Positions 45,789 to 57,700 of a DNA stretch of 64,000 bases are shown here, in pieces. Source of the stretch: Bugula neritina (Eukaryota > Animalia > Bryozoa); the NCBI GenBank assembly GCA_964035545.1, contig OZ037772.1, positions 62,001-126,000 on the forward strand, given 5' to 3'. How positions within the stretch are numbered: position 1 is the stretch's first letter; each line of letters starts with the position of its first letter. The notes beneath the pieces were generated by a model, which was given only the letters and a program-made list of their open reading frames with translations, did no database searches and was not told the DNA's origin. Made by a program: the position numbers and the translations under genes.

Positions 45789-46751
45789 TCAAGCTCTCTG
45801 TCCACCATTCATTGGGGAGACTTTGTTGAATCTTTTCAGTTTCAAATGACTTCGAACTACACTAAGATATTTAGGGTGAAAGCAAGCAAACAGAGGGATA
45901 TTGACAATACTATAAAGTGAGGTTAGCACAGCACCAACAGCTTCTACTGTGTCTGTTATTAGAGGAGAGACCTTCAGTATTGTACAGATTACAAACATGA
46001 CTGTAGAGATGAGCGAGGACTGACAGATGATTTATATCAAAATGATGTATTTGCTTGCTGCCATAAGGACCCTGTTATTGGCAGCATTACTGCTTACCAT
46101 TTCTCTCAGCTTCCTCCACACTTTCACCAACAACACTGTGATTAGTATGGAGAGAGTGAGGACTGTCACTACATACAGACTACCTACTAAGGAGCCTGTC
46201 AGAGTCTTCTCAGCTATCTGAACCTTGAGTGAAGCCTGACACAGTGGATGTGCTATAACTAAGCTGCCAATTGCTTTCAACAAGAAAGCTAGAACATATA
46301 GAAATACAGTGAAACTCTTCAGGTTGACTATGAGGACATGAGTACTATAGCTGTATGGTCTACATACACCTACGTACTTCTCAACACTGGCAACCAGAAA
46401 TACCATAAATCTCAACAAAGAAGCATAACCGGTCAAATTTCCTATTGCTTTAAATGTCCAGTAAGCAGCGGCGACAGGAAGTTGAAGAATTAAATGTCTA
46501 ATGTCGCAGTTTAAGTATACTACGAGGATAATGTTAGTGGTAATGTCACTAACACTGATGTTTATCAGAACCCAGAAGTATTTGGTAGTCTTCAGCTCCT
46601 TCATATCATTCAGTATGAGCAGATGGAGAATGTTCAGAAGTATGGAGAGGCAGTTGATTCCGACGTAGATCTCATTGAATGGCTGATAGCAGAGAACTGT
46701 CTCGTTATCACATGGCAGGATCTCCTCGTATGCTGAACTATAGTTTCCCAT
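45789..46751 (-). pseudogene. Intronless rhodopsin-class (family A) 7TM GPCR, chemoreceptor-like, with a single in-frame TAA in TM6
   Basis: ORFs 46751-46032 and 45998-45789 are in the same frame, separated only by TAA at 46034-46032 (KYIILI*IICQSSL). It has hydrophobic TM segments, TM1 LLN, TM2 NISVSD, a DRY-equivalent SVEKYVGVCRPY, TM7 VNIPLF and N-terminal N-glycosylation sequons (NYS, NET). Confidence 0.8.
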
Positions 46752-46989
46752 TCTCTGCTGGATACCAACTGGGAGTCTCCTGTGTCACTAGTTGTCTATG
46801 TAAGAGAATACAGTTGATAGTAACAATGGTACTGAACAGGTTTTTCAAGTTAACACGTGAAATATGTATGAGTAATGTGTAAGTACGTCTCAAATACTGT
46901 AAACTGGATTTAGGATTTATACAGCTTCAACTAGTCAGTATACTGTACGCCATCTTAAGGTGTATAATGACTCATGTCTGTATGATTTA

Positions 46990-47480
46990 TAATAATATGT
47001 TCTGTGTTCTGTATAATATGTACTGTATACTGTATAATATGTACTGTATACTGTATAACATGTACTGTATACTGTATAATATGTACTGTATAATATGTAC
47101 TGTATACTGTATAATATGTACTGTATACTGTATAATATGTACTGTATACTGTATAATATGTACTGTATACTGTATAATATGTACTGTATACTGTATAATA
47201 TGTACTGTATACTGTATAATATGTACTGTATACTGTATAATATGTACTGTATACTGTATAATATGTACTGTATACTGTATAATATGTACTGTATACTGTA
47301 TAATATGTACTGTATACTGTATAATATATACGGTATACTGTATAATATGAACTGTATACTGTATAATATGTACTGTATAATATGCACTGTATACTCTGTA
47401 ATATGTACTGTATACTGTATAATATGTACTGTATACTGTATAATATGTACTGTGTACTGTATAATATGTACTGTATACTC
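46990..47480. repeat. 21-bp minisatellite upstream of the GPCR
   Basis: Unit TATGTACTGTATACTGTATAA. Confidence 0.93.
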
Positions 47481-48385
47481 TGTACTACGACATTTGCTAT
47501 ATAATACTGTGTTACATGTATACTGTTACACTACACAAAATAAACCGCTTAATATACTATAGCATACACTGTATACTATACTATGTATACCACAGTGTAG
47601 CCTACTACATATTTTAATATACTATAATATATACTACATACTATACAGTAAACAATATGTAATATATACTATTTACTGTATACTGAATGGGTACTATAGC
47701 CCACATTATATGCTGTACACTGTATTCTATGCACTATAAACTATATACAATGTATATGCTAATATATACTATACACTGTATACTGTATAGAGTGTATAGT
47801 ATACATGCACACAAGTATACTGATATTTATATTCTTACTGTTTCCCCAGACTTTCCACTTTACTCCAGCTAATAGAATATCTGTAACATTGAGAGAGACA
47901 AGCAAGGCCACTCTACTGTGTCTACTTAATGCCTTTGTTTTCCTGAATACAAGCTACTTATAGCATTTAATATTCATTCTTTTTTTTGCAAATATACTTA
48001 AATAGATTATTATTACCAACACATGGGTTGGCTGTAATGCTGTTAGCATAGTGTATAGTCATGTTGGAGGTTAAATGAGACACCAGGAACAGGATGTGAT
48101 AATCCATTGTGTAGTCTGTGTTACATGATTTATTTGATTTTAATAGAGTGAAGAGTATGGATTGTAGCACTGACTTAGTATATATACTATATTATATGTA
48201 ACAGTGACTTAGTATATATACTATAGTACTATATACTATATATATACTATATTATTATATGTAACACTGCCTTAGTATAATATATAACATATTATATGTA
48301 ACACTGCCTTTACACACCTTTTAAATATGCTTTAGTAGAAACATAAGTTTTTACTATTGCGAAGGTGTGGGCCATGGTACTCTGT

Positions 48386-48432
48386 TCTGTGCTGATGAGG
48401 GGACAAACCCCGAAACAGCCGCTGTCCACAGA
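48386..48432 (+). ncRNA. Type I hammerhead ribozyme
   Basis: TCTGTG(stem I, 48386-91)-CTGATGA(48392-98)-GGGG acaaa CCCC(stem II)-GAA-ACAG ccg CTGT(stem III)-C(cleavage after 48426, GUC triplet)-CACAGA(stem I', 48427-32). All core nucleotides are canonical. Confidence 0.88.
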
Positions 48433-48435
48433 TTG

Positions 48436-48482
<47 letters not shown>

Positions 48483-48488
<6 letters not shown>

Positions 48489-48697
48489 CTCACGCAAGTT
48501 TATAGTCGCTATCCCTGTTAGAAAACCCCTGATGGGAGGGTTTTTGTTAAATAAGGCTAAGGACTTATTTAAATGAGGCACAGGAGCAATTATGACTGGA
48601 TGCTCTTCTTAACATCACCAGTGGCCTTTGTCTGGGATTGAACCCGTGACCTTCGGGCTTACTAGGCAAACGCTCTAACCCCTAGACCACAGCTACT
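48483..48697 (-). mobile_element. tRNA-derived SINE
   Basis: The minus strand starts GTAGCTGTGGTCTAGGGGTTAGAGCG (A box) ... GGTTCAATCCC (B box at 48644-48635) and ends in (TA)n. The body is shared with the copy at 20931-21078. Confidence 0.85.
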
Positions 48698-51600
48698 TCA
48701 TCCCTGTTATATATACTAATAATATATATTATATTAAATGTAACAGTGAATTGGTACATATAATAATACTATATATTATATTAAATGTAGCAGGAATTTA
48801 GTATGTATGTTTTATATATAATATGGTTTATATGGCACTTTAAAGAGCCATATTGTTTTATTATATTACACAATAATCTGATATTAAAGTTTGTTATATT
48901 ATTATTGCATATCATTTGATGTTTTATGTTTATATTTAGTTTATATTATATCATATTAGGCCTTCATAGTAGTTTAATATAGTTTATTATGCTATATACT
49001 CCATTACATTATACTATGTTATTACAATCTAACACTAATGCATGAACAATTCCAATTGATATTCTAGCTCACTGAAGTTTATTTGGAGTTGTTTCTCTTG
49101 GTAAATCTTTTTATCTGTTAACTAACATTTATGTTTATGTAACTAGTTATTAAAACACAAACAATTTTGAAATAATTATAATTATATTTTGCATTATCTA
49201 AAATGTTTACTTTAAACAAAGAATCTACAATTTGTTTCAAATGTAATTAAACACTTTTATACTTGAAAATTCTTTAGTATATTGTAATGGAAGACAAAAC
49301 AATCTGGCAGCAGTAGAACAAGCTACAAATGTCCCAATTTTACATGGTCTATTTGGTTTTTTGAATGCGGCTATTGTAATGACTGCCGCAGTAATGCCAT
49401 TGTGAATCCAGAACTAGTACCATGTCTGTACTGTTTCCAAAAACTTCAACTTGCAAATATAGTTTACAATCTAACTATATATATATATATAGTTATTGTC
49501 ATTTTTTGTCATTTCTTGTCATTTCTTGTCGCAGTTGCTTGGTAGATTAGGTTTGTGCATAGGCATTTAACATTCAATTACTTGTGATATATACACATTA
49601 TTTATATGGCAATTTACATTTAATGGTAAATTATTCCTTATTTTGTACAGTACGTTATGTATATTTTAAATTAGTCATCAAACTCAACATTTATTAGGAG
49701 TTGCCTATTCTGTTAAAATTTTTAGGAAAGCTACCTGCATTTTTGTTTATGTAAGTTATTGGTTACAAATGAACGGTTATACAATATTTTTAAAATTTAT
49801 TCTTTAAGCATTTGAAAAATTTATTTTAAGCAAAATAATTGTTGGGGGCTTTAAAAACTATTTGACACCTTTTTAGAAAACTATTTGCATTGTATATATT
49901 GAGTAACTTTCCACTGGCAGTTATTTTCTAAAGGGATGTCTGAAAAACCTCTATTTTGTAATCTTTGAATATGGCTACTTCACTGGTAGCTGTTGATATT
50001 AAGATATTGTTTAAATAGCTCAATTAGCAACCACATCATGTAACATAAGTGAAATTTTAGTTGTAACAGATGTAAATTATCTGATTTTACTGCAATATGA
50101 ATATTTATTACTTACCTCTGTGGTGTGTTGTGTAAACCTCAGGCTAAAATTTTTTATTAAATTGCTATTTTTGGTCAATTTATGTTAATTAAGAGTTACT
50201 TCCCCTGCTAACTTCTTTTATGACTCAACATTAAATTTTCTACGTAATTTTTTAGTAACTAATAGAAGGTTTTTTTATATATGTTACAATAAAGCTTTAA
50301 TTACAATAAAATGTTGTTTTAACACTAAGTAGCATTTTCAACTGCAATTCAAACACTTTTTTACACAAAATATGTGTTGTATGTAAATTCACTTTTGTAA
50401 ACCGATGAATGAGATAGTAGCAATATTTGTGAGTGACTACATAATTGTTAGTTACGGTATATAGCTTAATAAATATTATATACTTATATAAACAGCAACC
50501 ACCTCATGGTAATTGACTGACTAATTTATACTGCATTACCATCATTCCTATTTCCATCATACAAATATTGTGACCAAACTAAATGTTCATGCATGTTTAG
50601 AAGTCTTCTGTTAGATACTTCCTAACACAGATGAGTTCTCTCAGTGCAACCAGACTATTATATGATAATATATATTATATTTAGTTGTCACAAATTCTAC
50701 TCTATAAACCATATGTTATACTCTCTTCTGTTATTAGCCTGCACTTTATCATACTTATGAGTACATGTAGCTATTTTTTAATATTAATAATAATCTAAAT
50801 GCACTAATTCATAACTTGAATTATGCCAGTTACACTTAATTCATGGCCTTTGCAGAGTAAATTAGAATTTCCTAAATTTATGCATTAAGAGTATAAAAGC
50901 AGATGTGATAAAATTCCTATATATTAACAATAAAAGAGTATTAACTACTGGATATCTCATATTTATTTTTGTTTAGAATATTTGTCTGCAGTCAGTGGAG
51001 ACCTCATATAACTGTATGCTAATTCTACCTTAACCAGGGTTGGGCTGAAAGTTTCACACTTCGGCATTTGTTTTGGCAAAGTGGAATTTGTTTAAAATAA
51101 ATTATTTAAATAAATTTTGAGTCATTATTACAAGACCATAATTTATAGGCAAAGGTGTGTTATTTATAACTTGGTATACAAGCTATCAAAGTTTATACGT
51201 ACTATAAGTTGTATTATAGCTGACCACACTACCTAAGTGTAGCAGATGATGCAAACCATGGTACAGCACATAGCCTGAAATCAAAAGGTCATGATACTCA
51301 GGAGTTGTTTCCCCTGCAAAACTGTTGTAGCACACAATGGCCTTTTGTAGTTATCTACTGGCAACAATCATAATAAAAGTTTATGTACACTTAAATATAA
51401 TTATTGTTCTAAATTTAAATGCATGTTTTCTTATTATTTTCAAATATATGAAATAAATTTCGCAAACAGAAAAGAAACCTTTTTAATATTCATAAGTTGT
51501 ATAATGGTTGGCTCTTTGATTGCCTCTTGTTATGTAGATTAGCTAGTAGCTTACTGTTTAGCTCAATGGCTTGAATTTTGTATATCCGATGAAGCTTTAT

Positions 51601-52393
51601 AAATTACATAACGTACACCATACAGTAAGAATGTTCTAGTATATATATAACATAATCGTTAATCTTGTAACTAAAATGAGCTTCTATCCCAGATATGTAC
51701 TGCCTTTATCTTAAAGGAGATAGGGTGATAATGATGAACTCTTTATTTGATAAAATAATACAAGAAAAAAAGAAAATACCTCTATTTGCAGGCAAAGATG
51801 AAAGGTTAATATTTCCGCATGTATAAAAATACAATCTACAGTATAGTTGCTTTCTGTACAACAGTTTTCACAAATATTATAAGATACATATAATATTAGC
51901 AATACAGTATAATACTAAAAATAAAGATTGTATTGAGTATAAGAATAGCAATTATTTGATATTTCTTTCAAAAGAGTTATGTCAGTGATTGTGCTGCGTC
52001 TTATCTGAGGCTGATGTCTGCTGAGCTGGTCTCCATCATAAACAACAGACGACCCTAGTCAGCTATTCTTACTAGAGTTGTCTTCTCTACCACTCCAGTT
52101 GTTCAGTTGAGTTCAATAAGTAAATATATTAATATTTAGAATCATTTTGAGGTAACAGCAATTGACTATTGAATAACAACCATCTACTGTGTCGTACACA
52201 GGGCATTTGAAATTAAGTTCTTTATTTATGTTTATTAGCTGCAATACCATTAGTTGTATTTAGGGTTGAGTTTGCTGTAATGAAAGTACTTGTATTCACA
52301 TTGTTTGTATGAGAACTTATATATTATGTGGTGAATTGTTTTTGTTTTGTATAGCTACGTAAATTTCAACATTTTTGTAACATTATTATATAA

Positions 52394-52815
52394 TAGAGCA
52401 TGTAAATTTGGTACATTCACTATCTTGTACCAACTCTAAGATACTCACCACTATAACTTATATAAGCTTCTGCAAGTTCAAATGCAAAATGCATTCTTCT
52501 AGAAAACAGCTGTGCAACTTTTATCACATGGATTCTATTATTTCATATCTTAAGTTTATGAGTTTGAGTTCCCTTTTTAGATTATTTAAATTAAGTGTTC
52601 AAAAGAGGCAATTAAAAGTTGAGTATTTGCAAAATTACCCTGGTAAACTATTACCACACTTGCATACTTGATGGTTTGTTTATTGACATAGTGGTGAGTG
52701 AGCTGGTTGTTTTTGGCAGTTTTGCATTTGAACTTGCAGAAGTTTATGTAAGTCATAGCGGTGAGCACTTTAGAGTTGGTACAAGATAGTAAATGTACCA
52801 AATTTACATGGTCTA
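52394..52815. mobile_element. MITE with about 95-bp terminal inverted repeats
   Basis: TAGAGCATGTAAATTTGGTACATTCACTATCTTGTACCAACTCTAA...TTCTGCAAGTTCAAATGCAAAA (52394 to about 52489) is mirrored at about 52720-52815. This explains the near-identical opposite-strand ORFs 52408+ and 52801-. Confidence 0.8.
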
Positions 52816-53502
52816 CTACCTTAAGGTAGGTTATACATGCTTAATTGGTCACCTTTGGTCACCTTTCACCGCCGTGGTCCTGCGCGGTTGGCAGGAGGTT
52901 ATATGCTTAATTAGTATCATTAAACTCAATTGCAGTATTTCCTTATTTTTTGACATTGTGTTATAAAATATAGTTTGTTTTCTATTTACGACATAATATA
53001 TCACAATACATCTTTATAATATTTTCGTATTAAATTTTATACGTTATATATTGAGTAATCTTATACTACATTATTTATTACAAGCTGACAGTGATGTATG
53101 ATCTTTAGCTTATGGTTCTTATTAGTCAATATTATTTTTTCTGAACTCAACGTTGATTAGGAGTTGCTTCCCCCGCTTCTTTTATAAATGTCAACAGCAA
53201 TCCTGTTGTTTAGTTTTCTAACATAAATGAAAACTAATGCAAAAATTTTGAAATGTTATTTTTAAGTATATTATACAGCATATATTTTTAAAAAAGTTTA
53301 AGTAATTGCTTCAACAAAAATTGGACACTTTTCTATAAGAAACTTGCATTGTATATACAAAATAACTTGCCATTGCTCAGTAAATTGTACCAGGTCATCT
53401 TTGTAGACTGAGTTTTTTGGATTTGGCTACTTTACAGTGGCCATTATTTACAAACCTAAGACTACTGCATCAGTGAAGGCAATTTGCCAACAAGCTAATA
53501 TT

Positions 53503-53617
53503 AAATGACTGGCGAAATGACTGGCGAAATGACTGGCGAAATGACTGGCGAAATGACTGGCGAAATGACTGGCGAAATGACTGGCGAAATGACTGGCGAA
53601 ATGACTGGCGAAATGAC
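53503..53617. repeat. Perfect 12-bp repeat (about 9.5 copies)
   Basis: Unit AAATGACTGGCG. Confidence 0.95.
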
Positions 53618-54179
53618 CTAATTGTACTGCGATATCAATACCAACTCTATAGAATACTTACTGCATCACAATTGTGTAGAAGCTTTAATCTTTCATAAAT
53701 ATTATTGTGCCTGTTAATCATGTAAATCAGGAGTTGCTTCTCTTGCTAACTTATTCTACAAGTCCACATTAGTTCTTCAGCATAACTTATTATTTATTGT
53801 TGAAAAACTTTTTTGATTTGTATTTTAAATCAACGTTGGAAACAGAAAAACAAATTTCGAACACCGAAAGTTCAACTGTATTTAAACACAAAATATGTTG
53901 TGTATGTAAAGGCACATTTTACTTCATCATCGTAGATGTCATAATAGTCGTAATAAATAGTAGAATTATTTATACATGGCTATACCTGACCGTTAGCCAT
54001 AGCATAGCATATTAGCAGTGACTAACTCATGATAATAAGCTGACTTATTTATACTGTATTACCATCATCTCTATTAATAGCTCTTCAGCTTAGAAATATT
54101 GTAAGTTGTAACTAAATAGTCTTGTAACCAGTGATGCATGCAGTTGGTAATATTCGTGTTCACATGTTTTCTTTTAGCT

Positions 54180-54710
54180 CAGTGGTTCCCAACCTAGAGG
54201 GAATTCCCCCTAGGGGAAAATTTGGACATTTTGGAGAAGAATTTAAATGTTGAAAAATTCACGAAGTTTTATAAGGGCTTTTTGGGCTCTTACAGGTTAT
54301 ATCTATATGTGTATATATCTACAAACCTTCATCTTAGTTCCCTATTTAACCAAACTATATCCTACAATCTCAGTTTACTTTGACATAAATGTGTTTTTTA
54401 ATTACTCTACCCTAACTGCTTTCTGTACTACTTTCATTTGGAGGTCAAAAAATTTGCTTGAAGCAACAGGCCAACTTTTAGCAGCCATGCAAGTCAATCT
54501 CTATATAAACTGTATACTAAATACTTTGTAAATATATTTGCTACACTAAATAATTTGAACCTAAAAATGCAGGAGTGCAATCATCATTTTATTGCTTTTC
54601 ATTGCAGCATACATCAGTGTTTTAAAGTTACACTAAAATGGTGGTGTCTCTTTCAAAAACATGGTGACTTTCCACACACTCAATAAACTTTTATAGGAGA
54701 ACAACCTGTA
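54180..54710. mobile_element. Partial hAT-type MITE (same family as 62974-63585), right end not identified
   Basis: Begins CAGTGGTTCCCAACCT..GGAATTCCCCC. Shares TATATTTGCT..ACTAAA..TGAACCTAAAA..AATCATC and ACACTCAAT..AGGA.AACAACCTG blocks with the 63-kb copy. Confidence 0.65.
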
Positions 54711-57700
54711 ACAATTTCTGGTAACAATGACATGCAGGTAATAATTGACACTGTTGTTAAAATCTTCCCAAAATCTTCCCTAAATATTCAACTTCAATAT
54801 TGAAAATGTGCCATTTTTACCTAGTTTTCCATTTGTGCCACGACTACCTGTGCCATTTTACTTGTGCTATTTTCACCAGACACCACCTGTTCTAGATAAG
54901 TTTTTAAAAAAAGTTCCATGCATCTCTATGAAATCTTAATAAAATTTTAACAATATTTCTCTAATCGCGCTATAACCTCCCAAAGAAAAAGAGCTAGATT
55001 CTTAGCTTAGCATGTGAAAAATTCCAACGCTTTGTAGAAAAGATTCCAAAGGAGTTACAGGAGGGTAATTTGAATTTTTTTTTCAATTGATGTATTGTGG
55101 GTAGTGGTCCAGTAAAATGGCAAAGGTGATAATGACACAAATGAAAAAGTAAGTTAAAATGTCACATGGCACTACCTGTCACATTATACTATATTATTAC
55201 ATAATTCAAACACTGTTTTATAAACTTTTGTTTTAGCAATATTATTCCAGTTTTCTTTTTGTGTATTAGCAGTTGCCTCTCTTGCAATTTTTTTGTAGAG
55301 GTTAACAGCATTTCTGCTCATGTTATTAATAATTAATAATCAAAACTTTATAAAACTATTTTCAAAATTATTCATCAAAAATTAAATCGTGTTTATTGAA
55401 CAGAAACTTAATCAAATTTTTTCAATGATATTTTAACACTTTGATATATACAATTATATTGTTATTGTCAATCTGTAATTTTGTATAGATACTCTCGTTT
55501 TGTAGTGTTAGGTCACATATATATATAATTATTTGAAGGTGGCTGCTTAACTGTCAGCCCATGTATAGCAATAACATTTTGATATAACAACTTTACATAA
55601 ACAAACTCTGTATACTGACTGCATCTTTACACTCTGTGTTTCAAGGTGCTGCAGGGTTGTTGAACTTATAATACTATTCTGTTCTATAAATTATATTCAA
55701 TGAATTGCAGTCTTTTCAAGTTACTCAAGTAAGATCTATAATATACTGTCTGAGTGATACGCATTATATAGTCATAGATCAGTAGTAACTTATAATTATC
55801 TGACAACACTTCTAGATTCACTCAGTAAAACTTTCACCTGCCACATTATTTAGTTTAATTGGAGGATTTTAAATATAATAGTTCATCAAATTTATAATTT
55901 GTCTAACAATTGACAATACAGTGTTTATTTCAGTATAGTTTTTTATTGCAATTAATTAATTAGTTATTAAAAGCAATTGCTGTCGCCTGGTCTAACCTGA
56001 TCATCCAGCTACTTAAGCAGCTGCACATTGTAGGCTGTAATAAATGAGAGCAGGTTATGACAGCAACTGAATTATCTTCTCTTGTTTTCTCCACTCGGCG
56101 CTGTAGTTGACAAATCATCCTTGTTTAGACAGTATTTATATACACTTGTCTCCTAGAATACCTACATGTACATGTATAGTGTAGTGGAAGCTGTTTCACC
56201 ACTCACAAGTCATAAAAATCCTCTACAACACATGTACATTGAAGAAGAGAATATAAGTTTCCATATATAACTGTATCATGCAGTTATAATGTATAAAAAG
56301 TAGAGGCTATAGGCCACAATAGATTAAAAGTCTTGTCTACTGAACATCCCATTTCTAATAACTCCATCTGCTGGAAATATTTTTCAGACAACGGAACCTA
56401 ACTTTGGGATTCCCTCTATAAAAGGTATAAATTGTAGGGAATACCAATTTTGGAATACCCTCTATATAAGAGGTAGTTGTAGGGCCTACTCTCTAACCAC
56501 TTCTATAGCAGGCAAGTATCTGAGCAATTGCAGTATTTTTATTCTGAGAATGATATCAATAAAAGGAGTGGAAGTGATTGAATAGCTAGTAACCCCTACA
56601 TTTAGTACAACTTAATTCTTGCTCATATACAACATTGTTGATCATTCGTTTATATGAAGAGAGTTTGTCAAATGCTACATAAAAAGTACTTAAAATGATG
56701 CCATATAGACATTAGTGTAGTCTCATGGTATTTGAATTATTAGATAACTATATTCTCTGCTCAAGATTAATATCAACTGGCCACTGTATTTGCTACTCAT
56801 CTACTTTTAGAGTTACTTCCCCTGTAGAGTTCATTAGCTTTTTGTAGTTATAGATGCTAACTAAATTTTTACTTACCGATTGGGACTGATTAGAAAACAA
56901 CTCAAAGTCAAATATTTTTTTAATTAAAGATATGACATAAGTTTTGTAAATTAAAAAGAAACAGATTTCCATTCAACATTTGAATTTGTTTTAGTATAAT
57001 ATGGTTGTCCATTCAATAGCTTATGTAATTGTATATTGTGTAGCACATTTGATATACTATTTGGCAATGCATGACTTGCAATTTGCATAGGAAAACAAAC
57101 TCATATCAAAATACATAGCATGCGTCATAAAATAAGAAAATTCAATTGGAGAATATACATAGGACCACCTTCTAAAACTCTATAAAATAGAATGTAAAAT
57201 ATTGCAGTATAAATCTTTACAAGCTGCCACTCTCTGATAATCCATCTCAACTGCTATTATTTGTATTAAAATAGGATAGTTAAATGTTGAGGTTTAGTTA
57301 CAGGGGTATTAGCTAATGGGTTCCTTTAATATGTGTACCAGGTATATCTTAGCAAAAATTTGATATTGTATCCTAGCAACACTGCTATATTGTATCCTAG
57401 TGAAATTGTTGTCTTGGATCGTAGTGACATCGTTATACTGTATCCTAGCAACATATTGTCTTCTTTTATTCTAGTGACTTATTACATTGTCAACTAGTAT
57501 TAGGGTGTTATTGTATCCTAGCAACAATGTTATATTGTATCCTATAGCAACAGCGTTATATACTGTATTATAGCATCATTCTCGCAGCATTGCATTGTAT
57601 CCTAGCAACATCATGTCTATATTGTGTCACCTTTATAAACAATCTGTATTAATAATTTCAAAATTGCAGTAGTTACATGATGATCTGAAATCAACTCTAA

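Noticed and set aside
48625-48697. tRNA gene
   Set aside because: A and B boxes are present, but there is no proper acceptor stem and the sequence continues into a SINE body shared with 20931-21078. Called a SINE head instead.
52408-52801. Pair of similar opposite-strand ORFs (MVHSLSCTNSK / MVHLLSCTNSK)
   Set aside because: An artefact of the MITE terminal inverted repeats.
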